32,000 bases of DNA, from contig JBHLKY010000004.1 in NCBI GenBank assembly GCA_048886185.1, positions 90,001 to 122,000 of the forward strand, given 5' to 3'. The stretch comes from Candidatus Hermodarchaeota archaeon. GTDB lineage: Archaea; Asgardarchaeota; Heimdallarchaeia; Hodarchaeales; Hodarchaeaceae. Both the position numbers and the translations under genes were made by a program. The notes below the pieces were generated by a model that saw nothing but the letters and a program-made list of their open reading frames with translations, had not been told where the DNA came from and made no database searches. Shown piece by piece: positions 1-9,225 of this stretch; positions within the stretch are counted from its first letter, which is position 1; each line of letters starts with the position of its first letter.

Positions 1-673
1 AGTAATAAAAATTCCAACCGATGTCCGAGTGACTTATAAACATGTCTCACCTTTCAGTGACTTCACCAGTGTGTTTCATGAGTTTGGACATGCTATTCAC
101 GGAACATCAGGGAATCCGCAAGATCCTTTTTGGAAAAAATATATTGTTCCTAGAAGTGTTGCTGAAACTTTCTCTCTGTTCCTTGAAATGCTGTTACAAT
201 ATCCTCTCTTTCTGCAGCAAGAGCTCGAGTTATCTGAAGAGGTCACACGAAAAATTCTTAATAGCAGACATTTCATGAATCTCTACTTTCTTGCTTTTTA
301 CTCTGCTAATTCTTTAATGAAATTGGAATTCTGGAAGCGGGATTATACCTCTGAACAGGCATCCGCTCGGTTCCAGGAATTGACAAAAAGATTTTTTTGG
401 GAAATGCCAGGAGAATACTGGCTTTTACATCACATTATGCCTGATTATGATCTTTACACTCCATCCTATTTATTAGCGAGTATTCGTGCAAAGGAATGGA
501 TTAATCAAATGATTGATGAGTATGGCGAGGAATTTTGGAAAAGTACACAGGCAGGCGACGTTTTTAGGGACTTAGCAGCCACTCGGGGGGAATTTGATCT
601 GACAGTATGGGATATGGATCCACTACCTTATCTCGAGGAACAGTCCCAATTTGACTTTGATAACTCAGAATGA
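1..673 (+). CDS. M3/gluzincin-type zinc metallopeptidase (oligoendopeptidase-like), 5'-truncated by the window
   Basis: Frame is open from base 2 (VIKIPTDVRVTYKH...), so GTG29 is not the real start. HEFGH zinc motif followed by a downstream Glu ligand (SVAETFSLFLE), the gluzincin pattern. Confidence 0.8.
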   Translation, partial: VIKIPTDVRVTYKHVSPFSDFTSVFHEFGHAIHGTSGNPQDPFWKKYIVPRSVAETFSLFLEMLLQYPLFLQQELELSEEVTRKILNSRHFMNLYFLAFYSANSLMKLEFWKRDYTSEQASARFQELTKRFFWEMPGEYWLLHHIMPDYDLYTPSYLLASIRAKEWINQMIDEYGEEFWKSTQAGDVFRDLAATRGEFDLTVWDMDPLPYLEEQSQFDFDNSE

Positions 674-689
674 TGTAATAACAATTGAT

Positions 690-3287
690 TTACACTGTAA
701 AAATATTCCAATCATTGTCTAATTGTTCCATTCTATCAAGAATAATCTCAAAATTAATTAAAGCATCAATAGGGGTAATTCGATCATTTTCAATGTCTGC
801 GATTAAATATAAATTTTGTTGAGCATTCATATAAATCGAATTTGTATTATTGTTAGTTATATCCCCTCTAACCAACTCTTGCCAATTCTCAACAGCACTC
901 TCATTTAAGAGTTCCCCTTTAACATTTGTGAGATTCTCATAAGTGCTATTGGCACTAATTTGAGACAGAGTAAAATTATTTATAGCATTATCAGGTTCAA
1001 AGAGTCCCCCCTGAATAGTGGCTGTTAGGGTTTCGTTAAAGCTATATGAACCCAATGAAAAATATTTTATTGACTGAAGTGTGCCATTTAATGCTGAAAC
1101 GTATTGATCTGCAAAATTAATTCTCGAAGAAGCAGAATGAGTAAAATCTTCTAAGTCATCTAGTAGGAAATTGAGTTCATCAAGCTCCTCAAACTCAATA
1201 TATTCTTGAGAATCAATAACCGAACTCATATTTTCCAATCCTATTTTTGCTTGCTTTAAATATTCAGAAGTGTCATTTAATCCAATATCGATGTTGTTCC
1301 AACGAGGATCGAGAACGTTTGAAGAATTTGAGAAATCTATTGCTTGAATTTCGATAAGTGTGTTGTTTAATGACTGAAACATGTAGTTCGTATTCTTTAA
1401 TGAATATAAAAGATATTTTGTAATCTGATGTAAATTAAGGCTAAAAATAGTCAGATCACGGAATGGGATCACTGATCTTTTGGGTAAACTCTCAACATCA
1501 ACGTTTCTCATTGCTAATGAGGCATTATAATCTTTTTCAGCTTCTATAAGAATTCTTGATTTAAAATCAAATTTATTAAGGCTATCAAAGACTAAACTGA
1601 GCTTATAGGTACTATTTATCCATGGAACTATTCCAGAAACGACTGTAATTAGAATCGGTAATCCAATTTCGAGTTCAGAAAGCAAACTGGCCATTTCATC
1701 GAAAACGGAATAATTAAAGGTCTCCTGTACTTCACTTAAAAGGGCTAAAATTGGATCTTCAATGGTTGTTAGATTATTTACCCCATGTTGCATTAGTTTT
1801 AGTGCCTCTCTCATCTCAGCATCATATTCTTGGAAAAAACTTGATCCAAGACCTTCTTGGTAGGAGCTTTCAATAGAATTAAGTAAAATATCAAAGCTCT
1901 GATTCATTCCTAATTGAAGATTATAATACCCCCATAAAATATTAGAAAAATAGGGTACGGTATTAGCTAGCACTGTTGTTAGGGTTAATATCTCAGGTAA
2001 GTCTTCTAAGGGGATTCCAGCCACATCAGGCACTAAATAAGGTAGAATATAAGCTATCAAAGGATTTTCTCCGAATTGTCTAAATGAATTACCTGCTTTT
2101 GCTAAATGTTCTTGTGCTGATGCAATCAGTGCCTCAAGTTCCTGAAAGGTCGAATTGAGGTTTGTAATATATTTTGAAGAAAACATGTCTGTCATTTCTA
2201 GAAGACCGATACTCGCGTGAAGAGTGCCCTCTGATCCTTTTCCAAGAGCATGGTAAGTTAATGGAATAGTTATGATAGCAATGAGAAATAGAGCTGCGAA
2301 AAGTACTCTCAATGCCGTTGCACTTTTCCACTTCCTCTCTGATATCATAAAAAGGCCTGAAAGTCCGACTCCAATGGAGAAGGGGATCAGTATTATAATA
2401 ATACTATCAAGAAAGGGAACAATTACCTGTAAAAGCTCAATTCCTAGAAATACTTCTCGCCCAAGTTCAGATATGACTTCCTGTCTTTTTAGAATTCCTA
2501 CCAGATTCTGGCGAGAAATATTGTTAAAAATCCCCCAAGGATTAATACCACCCTCAAGAAATTGGATATGAATGAAGATTTCAATTAATAGATAAGTTAC
2601 AAATACTGAGATAACGGAAAGCGGAGCATATCTTGTTGACCTTTTCACGGCAGGATATAAGCACCATAATATTGCCAGGACTGCCAAACTCAGTACATAA
2701 CCAATCATTGTGTCTAGAATTTGTGTTGGTAAAATAATAATCATAATTGTAGGTAAAATAATACTTAAAGAAAAAACAATAATCTGACCTTCCACACTGT
2801 CTAGGAAAGAAACGAAAGTCTCTCTTTTTGTTAATTCAACAATGTTTGATGCATGATAAACGGTAGTGATTTTTCCGAGGCCTTTAACGGATGGAGAATC
2901 GGGTTTGATTATTTGAACTAAAACACTTAGTAATACATCGCTACCAAGATAATTATATTGCGAATCGATCCCTTCAAGGACTAAGTGTTCAAAAGATTGG
3001 CGGAAAATTAAGGAAATTGGGCCAATTTTCCCCATCACAAGCATTAAAATATGGATTTCTTGATTCTCATTCAATTCAGAGGTTCTTTTAAATTTTAAAT
3101 CTGTTAACATTCCTGAATGGAGAGTATACTTATTCTCCTCTCCATGAGACTGTAATGCTCGTAAGAATTTATCTTTGGGGAAATTAGGAAATTCCTTAGT
3201 CTTATCCTTCATGGGATTGACAAGAAATTGAAAGTGTTCTGCTCGGCCACCAGCCTGTAAGTTGAAGCTAATTTCCCATTCATCCAT
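690..3287 (-). CDS. Uncharacterised 5-TM membrane glycoprotein with ~170-aa N-terminal soluble domain and ~500-aa helical C-terminal ectodomain
   Basis: 865-aa ORF with ATG start. Five hydrophobic segments at about aa 170-345. I count 17 N-x-S/T sequons after the last TM and 1 in the TM3-TM4 loop. No family recognised. Confidence 0.8.
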   Translation of the reverse strand: MDEWEISFNLQAGGRAEHFQFLVNPMKDKTKEFPNFPKDKFLRALQSHGEENKYTLHSGMLTDLKFKRTSELNENQEIHILMLVMGKIGPISLIFRQSFEHLVLEGIDSQYNYLGSDVLLSVLVQIIKPDSPSVKGLGKITTVYHASNIVELTKRETFVSFLDSVEGQIIVFSLSIILPTIMIIILPTQILDTMIGYVLSLAVLAILWCLYPAVKRSTRYAPLSVISVFVTYLLIEIFIHIQFLEGGINPWGIFNNISRQNLVGILKRQEVISELGREVFLGIELLQVIVPFLDSIIIILIPFSIGVGLSGLFMISERKWKSATALRVLFAALFLIAIITIPLTYHALGKGSEGTLHASIGLLEMTDMFSSKYITNLNSTFQELEALIASAQEHLAKAGNSFRQFGENPLIAYILPYLVPDVAGIPLEDLPEILTLTTVLANTVPYFSNILWGYYNLQLGMNQSFDILLNSIESSYQEGLGSSFFQEYDAEMREALKLMQHGVNNLTTIEDPILALLSEVQETFNYSVFDEMASLLSELEIGLPILITVVSGIVPWINSTYKLSLVFDSLNKFDFKSRILIEAEKDYNASLAMRNVDVESLPKRSVIPFRDLTIFSLNLHQITKYLLYSLKNTNYMFQSLNNTLIEIQAIDFSNSSNVLDPRWNNIDIGLNDTSEYLKQAKIGLENMSSVIDSQEYIEFEELDELNFLLDDLEDFTHSASSRINFADQYVSALNGTLQSIKYFSLGSYSFNETLTATIQGGLFEPDNAINNFTLSQISANSTYENLTNVKGELLNESAVENWQELVRGDITNNNTNSIYMNAQQNLYLIADIENDRITPIDALINFEIILDRMEQLDNDWNIFTV

Positions 3288-3391
3288 CGCTTAAACCCTT
3301 GCCTTTTTTTCTTTCAGGAACTTGATATCTTGTAACTTCTTTTTAAGGATATCAGGGGAAGAAGATATAAAATCCATTGTTACTAAAATTG

Positions 3392-3412
3392 CTTATAAGT
3401 AATACTTATAAG
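3392..3412. promoter_or_regulatory. Dyad-symmetric double TATA-like element in a divergent promoter
   Basis: CTTATAAGTA-A-TACTTATAAG: perfect 10-bp inverted arms around a 1-nt centre, each arm containing TTATAA. Lies between the divergent starts at 3287 (-) and 3467 (+). Confidence 0.55.
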
Positions 3413-3466
3413 ATAGTTTTAGCCCTTTTTTTGAGTAAGTACTGCCTACATTGGAGTTGCTGAACA

Positions 3467-3997
3467 TTGTCTAAAGATAAGAAAGCGAAAGGAGGCAAGT
3501 TTGCCTTCAAATTATTGTTAGTCGGGGAACCTGAGGTTGGGAAGACATCATTGATAAAACGGTATGTTGATAATTTCTTTAAGGAAGGATACCAAATTAC
3601 TTTGGGAGTCGATTTCCTTTCTAAAACTGTTTCGATAGACGACAGGGAGCTTACTTTCCAAATTTGGGATGTCGCTGGGCAATCAGGATTTACCAATTTT
3701 CGTCATTTGTACTTGAAAAAAGCACATGGAGTTTTCTTAGTCTTTGATTTGACACGACCAGACCTTACATATGAAAAATTAGATCGATGGCGAGCTGATA
3801 TAAAAGAACAGAGTCCAAATGCTAAGGTTATTATTCTTGGTAATAAGGAAGATATAGCTCAAGGAAAATTACCTGCAAGCAAGGATGAAATCTTGAAAAG
3901 ATTTGAGGCTGAAGAATTCTTTGAAACCTCCGCTAAGACTGGGTCTCGAGTTCAAGAAGCTTTTCTTCAAATGGGTCAATATATACTAGGAGAATAG
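3467..3997 (+). CDS. Rab-like small GTPase (Ras superfamily)
   Basis: G1 GEPEVGKTS, G2 YQITLGVDF, G3 WDVAGQ, RabF-like YLKKA and LVFDLT, G4 NKED, G5 ETSAK. TTG start. No C-terminal Cys prenylation motif. Confidence 0.95.
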   Translation: MSKDKKAKGGKFAFKLLLVGEPEVGKTSLIKRYVDNFFKEGYQITLGVDFLSKTVSIDDRELTFQIWDVAGQSGFTNFRHLYLKKAHGVFLVFDLTRPDLTYEKLDRWRADIKEQSPNAKVIILGNKEDIAQGKLPASKDEILKRFEAEEFFETSAKTGSRVQEAFLQMGQYILGE

Positions 3998-4001
3998 TGA
4001 A

Positions 4002-4796
4002 ATGGTCTCGTTTGATGAACTAGAGACATTCCTAGCTTTCTTTGTGTTTCAAATGAAAGGAGGGAAACCGTTAATCGAGAAAGAATTCCGGAGTACAAAA
4101 GAAGCTAAATCCTTTCCTACTACTATGATATATTCACTCTTAAATTCTGCCTATGATATCTCACAAGGATTAGAGGAAGAGTCCATTGAAGAAGGTCAAT
4201 TGTTTCATGTAGATTTTGCTTCAATGCGTATCGCAGGTATTATTAGACCAGAAGGGCTTCTTTTTTCACTTATCTCCTCTTTATCAGCCTCAATACTTGA
4301 CATTGAATTCAAATTACGGACACTTATGACTTTATTCTTTGGAAATTTTTCCGATAAATTATCTAAGAAAACAATACGATTATCAGGTGTTGAGAAAGAG
4401 ATGTTTGACGAATCAATTCAGACAGTTATGACTGGGGAATCACGATACATGAGTGAATCCATGAAAAGAGAAGTAGAAGAGCACATAATTGCATGGATTA
4501 TTAGTGAAGATTCAATTAGGGGAGCATGTGTGTCTTCTTTTACTGGCGCTATTATTGTGAATAAGATGGATATAGAAATTCTCCCTTCTGCTGTACGTGC
4601 TATTCGTGGAGCATTTGCAGCACAATTAGAGAAACCAAGGTTCTTTCTCACAGTATCTGGTGATTCCAATATTTTTGTATATATTATTGGAGAAGGCTTG
4701 TTGTTACTTGTAGATTCAGATCCAAAATCTTCACCTGCCAATACTATTGGTTTGGTTGAGTGTATAGTTGAAGAACTAAGGAATCTAATTCTATAG
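4002..4796 (+). CDS. Putative longin-like + roadblock/LC7 two-domain protein
   Basis: N-terminus FLAFFVFQMKGGKPLIEKEF resembles the longin/AP-sigma beta1-beta2 opening, and the domain ends with the longin-like LRTLMTLFFGNF...FDESIQTVM helices. C-terminal ~115 aa follow the roadblock helix-beta-beta-helix-beta-beta-beta-helix pattern (IRGACVSSFTGAII...NIFVYIIGEGLLLLVDSD...IVEELRNLI). Starts 4 nt after the GTPase stop. Confidence 0.65.
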   Translation: MVSFDELETFLAFFVFQMKGGKPLIEKEFRSTKEAKSFPTTMIYSLLNSAYDISQGLEEESIEEGQLFHVDFASMRIAGIIRPEGLLFSLISSLSASILDIEFKLRTLMTLFFGNFSDKLSKKTIRLSGVEKEMFDESIQTVMTGESRYMSESMKREVEEHIIAWIISEDSIRGACVSSFTGAIIVNKMDIEILPSAVRAIRGAFAAQLEKPRFFLTVSGDSNIFVYIIGEGLLLLVDSDPKSSPANTIGLVECIVEELRNLIL

Positions 4797-4830
4797 GGAT
4801 ACTTAATTCAATCTTGTTGAAGGCTTAATT

Positions 4831-6948
4831 TTGTTGCCTCAGAAAAGTTCAATCTATTTCCCTATTATTTGGCACGCTCATCAACCTGCAGGGAACTTTC
4901 CATATATTATCGAGGAAGCCTATCAAAAATCCTATCTCCCTCTACTTCAAACAATTTCAAAATATCCAGCCATCAAATCAAGTTTACATATTTCTGGGTC
5001 TCTTCTGATGTGGATTCAAGAAAATCATCCAAGATATTTAGAGCAAATAGCAACACTTTACAGTCGAAAACAAATCGAAATTATTGGTGGAGGTTTTTTT
5101 GAGCCTATTTTGGCTATAATCCCTGATAGAGATAAAGAAAAACAAATTCAATTAATGTTCGATTGGTGGGTTCAAAATTACAATATTGTACCTCAGGGAA
5201 TTTGGCTAGCTGAAAGAGTATGGGTTCCAAACTTACCTCCAATTCTGGTTAAAATGGGAGTAAATTTCACTTTTATTGATGATAATCTTTTCCGTATGGC
5301 TGGATATTCCGAAAAACAGACATTCTATGCGTATGTGACTGAGGATCAAGGAAAAACACTTACAGTGTTTCCAATTAATGAAAGAATAAGATATTTAGTA
5401 CCATGGAAAAATCCAACCGAGACAATTAAATATTTAATGAAAGGTCGTGATGAATATCATGAGAAAATTATTGTTATGATTTCTGATATGGAAAAGATGG
5501 GAGTTTGGCCTGCTGGTGATCGCACAACTCATGAGATTTGTTATGTTAAAGGTTACAATGGAATACCTTGGATGCATGAGTTTTTTGAAGCAATTTCAGC
5601 TAATTCATGGATAAAGCCAACCTTAATTAGTGATTATCTAAAAAAACATAATCCGAGGGGTCTTCTTTATTTGCCCACAAGCAGTTATGATAAGATGGCT
5701 ACATGGTCACTACCCACTCCGCTTAGGAAACGACTAGAAAATTTACAAAAAAAAATTACTCAAAAAGAAATTGAATCTGAATTAGCTAAGGATATTTTAA
5801 CCTTTACTTCTGGATCTATCTGGCAGAATTTCTTGGTTAAATATTCTCAAGCAAATATCATGCACAAAAGAATGCTAATATGCCGTAAAAAAATAGAGGA
5901 AACAGAGGCCGACCTTCCACATCTACCTTCAGAGAAGTTTGAGAAAATTTGGAAAGAATTACTAAGTTCACAGTCTAATGATGTATATTGGCACGGATTA
6001 TTTGGTGGGATCTATTACCGATTCCTTCGACATTCAACCCACAAACATCTGATACAGGCTGAGTTTCTTTTGGACAAACTCCGAGAGGAAGAAGGTCTGA
6101 AAGAGTTTTCTGGAAAAATCATTGATGTTTTACTTGATGGTCAACCTGATGGAATCTTAGAAAACAAAAAAGTTTCGTGTTATATTTCCTCGCTTATTGG
6201 AGGATCAATTTTTTCACTTAACCTTAAGGAATGTGGATATAATTTTCTTAATGTATTAACTCGTCAAAAGGAATCTTATCATACTAAGAAGATGCACAGT
6301 GTCCATGATCGTTTTGAAAAATGGTCCTTTCAAGATCACTTTGTCCCTATCATGATTTCTGAAGATTCTTTTAAAGAAGATCATTATCTTGATCTTGGAG
6401 ACTTTGCTAACAATCGTTACGAAATCTCTCAAGATACAGAATGGAGTATGATTTTGAAACGTCAGGGAGAAATTAAGTTTGAAGGGAAACTAATTCATAC
6501 GAAAATAAGCAAAAAATATCAATTACGATCAAATACACTTCAAATTGCATATAATATAGATTTTTCAGAAGCCATAAAACCACAAACTCTTTTTTTCTCG
6601 CCTGAAATCAATCTTATTGGAGCATCCTTTCCATATAAAACCACAGGAATCATAAATGACTTGCCTTTTGATTTAGCTAATTCTTGTACCTTCACTAATT
6701 GTAAAACAATCGAAATTAGGGATTTAAATGAACAGGAATGTGTTTCAATTGTTGTTAATTTTGATATAGCTTGTGATGGTGTAGTATTTCCCTTATATTC
6801 CATCCCGAAAAGCGAAATCGGATTTGAGGAGATCTATCAAGGTACTTCAATTTTTCCTAAAATCAAGATCTCTGGGAAAAAACTAGAGTGTGAGATTGAA
6901 CTAATTTTGAAGTCGATTAACAAAGATAATGAAATGAACACATTCTAG
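4831..6948 (+). CDS. GH57 4-alpha-glucanotransferase / alpha-amylase
   Basis: GH57 motifs HAHQP, EIIGGGFFEPILAII, catalytic Glu in GIWLAERVW, acid/base Asp in SDMEKMGVWP, and QSNDVYWHGLFGGIY. The 705-aa length fits the Thermococcales-type glucanotransferase. Confidence 0.9.
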   Translation: MLPQKSSIYFPIIWHAHQPAGNFPYIIEEAYQKSYLPLLQTISKYPAIKSSLHISGSLLMWIQENHPRYLEQIATLYSRKQIEIIGGGFFEPILAIIPDRDKEKQIQLMFDWWVQNYNIVPQGIWLAERVWVPNLPPILVKMGVNFTFIDDNLFRMAGYSEKQTFYAYVTEDQGKTLTVFPINERIRYLVPWKNPTETIKYLMKGRDEYHEKIIVMISDMEKMGVWPAGDRTTHEICYVKGYNGIPWMHEFFEAISANSWIKPTLISDYLKKHNPRGLLYLPTSSYDKMATWSLPTPLRKRLENLQKKITQKEIESELAKDILTFTSGSIWQNFLVKYSQANIMHKRMLICRKKIEETEADLPHLPSEKFEKIWKELLSSQSNDVYWHGLFGGIYYRFLRHSTHKHLIQAEFLLDKLREEEGLKEFSGKIIDVLLDGQPDGILENKKVSCYISSLIGGSIFSLNLKECGYNFLNVLTRQKESYHTKKMHSVHDRFEKWSFQDHFVPIMISEDSFKEDHYLDLGDFANNRYEISQDTEWSMILKRQGEIKFEGKLIHTKISKKYQLRSNTLQIAYNIDFSEAIKPQTLFFSPEINLIGASFPYKTTGIINDLPFDLANSCTFTNCKTIEIRDLNEQECVSIVVNFDIACDGVVFPLYSIPKSEIGFEEIYQGTSIFPKIKISGKKLECEIELILKSINKDNEMNTF

Positions 6949-6994
6949 CAGAATTTTACTGCTTAAGGAAAGTTGGATCTAGAAATTATTTATC

Positions 6995-7153
6995 TTAAGA
7001 GAGTAAGAAGAGGAAAAAAATTATTCCAAATAAAAGAATAAGACCTGATCCATATGTAAAAGTGATATCCAAGACTGTTCTTAATTTCTTAATCATGGAT
7101 TCCATATTATCTTCAAATAGATTAAGGATATTAGCATTTAAAAACCCTTCCAT
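6995..7153 (-). CDS. Candidate 52-aa small protein with C-terminal TM helix (not in ORF track)
   Basis: Manual translation: MEGFLNANILNLFEDNMESMIKKLRTVLDITFTYGSGLILLFGIIFFLFLLS*. A TATAAAAA element lies 29 nt upstream (7183-7190, minus strand). No family recognised. Confidence 0.3.
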   Translation of the reverse strand: MEGFLNANILNLFEDNMESMIKKLRTVLDITFTYGSGLILLFGIIFFLFLLS

Positions 7154-7315
7154 CCTCTACCATGTAAAATGGAATAATGATCTTTTTATAGAGTACAATT
7201 AAGGTCAATAGGAAAAAGTTCGTTTTTTTTATGCAAAATTCATAATGAAAGAAATGAAGAATTCATTTTTCTTTTTGAGAAATTACCTTTGAGGAGTTAT
7301 TATGCTGCAGTGAAA

Positions 7316-8986
7316 TTATTGTAGATATTTCCTCCATAATCTTACTTTTTTCCTTCTACGTCTTAAGATATTATTAACAATTAAAACTCCAATCATTATG
7401 ATGAGGTCAAAACCAAAAGTACTTCTTGATGTTGGATTTTGAAGATTTGGGAATCCGATTTTAAGGTTTTGATTTCTCAAATCCAAACTCCCTAGATTAA
7501 CTGTTAGGTTCTTTGGCCGCCAAAATTTGTCAAATATGTGTTCTCCGAAGTATATTGGATTATCATCTAAATATATAGTATAAGATTCAGTTACTTGTCT
7601 ATTTGTACGAAAATAATACCACGTTTGCCAAGTGACAACAAGATTTTTCTCTTTATATGTAATATCTGGAATTGAGCTGACAATAGGATTGAATCGAAAT
7701 CGATCTACATGATAAATTCGATATGAAGTCTCTTCTGTGTTTGGAAAATTCATTTCCCAAACGATATGACCAGTATCGTTTACTTCAACTATTCTGGCAC
7801 CTAAATTTGTGTTTGGGTGGGAATTCATTCCAAATGTGCCTAAATGATTCCCATTTGGTAATCTATCTGCATCACATATAACAGCACTATAATATTCCCG
7901 TGGAGCGACCCATGACCATGATTCATTAGCAGTCATTGTCATTTCATCAATAGTAATTTCAAGCATCCTATTATGACCACTAAAACTTCCGATTTGATTA
8001 TGAAAATTATTATCAAAAATGATGAAGGTGTTATCATCAACTTTCTCTAAAGCATGGGGATGGTAGAAAAGGGATTCCTTTTGATTCCCATCTAGATCAA
8101 AGAGAGAAAAATTTCCATACTCTCCTAGTCCCCAGATTATTTTCCCAGTTTTATGATCAATCTTGTAAAAAGTGTTTGGATTTCGTGGGTTATAGTATAT
8201 TACATCTTCCTCTGCATCAAAAAAAATAGAATTTGAATGCGTAATATCAGCAATACCACTATCCATATCTTGGAAAGGACACCAATAGTTAGGTTTTATG
8301 AAGGAATGTGTATCTAATGACCAAACAAGTTCTCCTGATCTAGTATATTCATTGATTGTGTCATACATGTATTCTTGGCCATCGATCTCAATTCTATATT
8401 TCAAAAAAGCGAAAAAAGTATCATTATTTGGATTCCATTCAAAGTCATGATGTCCAAAAAAATCTAAAATCTGAACATCATTATTTTGTACATTCCATAA
8501 AACAGCGTTTGCTTCTTTATTACCTATTTTTTTAGCACATAAAACGGTATCTGAGGTAATGAATTTAGCTGGGTGCATATAATCTTTCATTTCAGCAATA
8601 ATATCCCCCTCTGTGCTAGTAATAAGCAGTGTTCTCTTTTTTTCCTTGTCTAAATTTATTTCAGTAAGTTCAAATAGATTGTATCCTTTGAAATAATCTC
8701 CTAAAATAGTAATGTTCATTATTGCATCATCTAGACTTGAGACTCTTGATTGACTGTTACGATAATTAAAGGTATTCTTGAGTAATATTTCCTTTGAATT
8801 AGCCATTTTTTTCTTTAATTGGGATTGTTGGAAGTCAATGTCGATCTTATTTATATTAAGTGAGTTTATGCTATAAAATGTAAGATTTGTAGTACAACTG
8901 GATATAATTAATGAAATAATTGAGATTAAGATTAAACCTCTGAAAAAACAATAATGTTTTTCTCTGCAGTGCAATTCTAATCCCAA
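7316..8986 (-). CDS. Aryl-sulfate sulfotransferase (ASST) family beta-propeller, secreted and C-terminally anchored
   Basis: ASST-type catalytic motifs GHHDFEW, DITHSNSI, YNPRN, FYHPHAL, plus DADRLPNGN and YR. N-terminal hydrophobic signal-like segment, and C-terminal TFGF + TM + RRRRKK. Start codon uncertain (TTG). Confidence 0.85.
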   Translation of the reverse strand: MGLELHCREKHYCFFRGLILISIISLIISSCTTNLTFYSINSLNINKIDIDFQQSQLKKKMANSKEILLKNTFNYRNSQSRVSSLDDAIMNITILGDYFKGYNLFELTEINLDKEKKRTLLITSTEGDIIAEMKDYMHPAKFITSDTVLCAKKIGNKEANAVLWNVQNNDVQILDFFGHHDFEWNPNNDTFFAFLKYRIEIDGQEYMYDTINEYTRSGELVWSLDTHSFIKPNYWCPFQDMDSGIADITHSNSIFFDAEEDVIYYNPRNPNTFYKIDHKTGKIIWGLGEYGNFSLFDLDGNQKESLFYHPHALEKVDDNTFIIFDNNFHNQIGSFSGHNRMLEITIDEMTMTANESWSWVAPREYYSAVICDADRLPNGNHLGTFGMNSHPNTNLGARIVEVNDTGHIVWEMNFPNTEETSYRIYHVDRFRFNPIVSSIPDITYKEKNLVVTWQTWYYFRTNRQVTESYTIYLDDNPIYFGEHIFDKFWRPKNLTVNLGSLDLRNQNLKIGFPNLQNPTSRSTFGFDLIIMIGVLIVNNILRRRRKKVRLWRKYLQ

Positions 8987-9225
8987 TTATTTCATAATTA
9001 GCTGATTATTTTACTTTTTGTGCTCTTTATACAGTTTACTTATTAAATCATCGTTCTTAATAGAAAAGTGCCTTTTATTATTAAGTAATACAATTTCCTT
9101 TCAATTTTAGAGAAATAATTCTTAAATCCTCTCTTAATCTTAATTAATTCCTCATCTTCATTCCGAATTGGTAAACATATTTTATAAAAATTGTACAAAC
9201 TATAAATAACTCAACATAGAATCGA

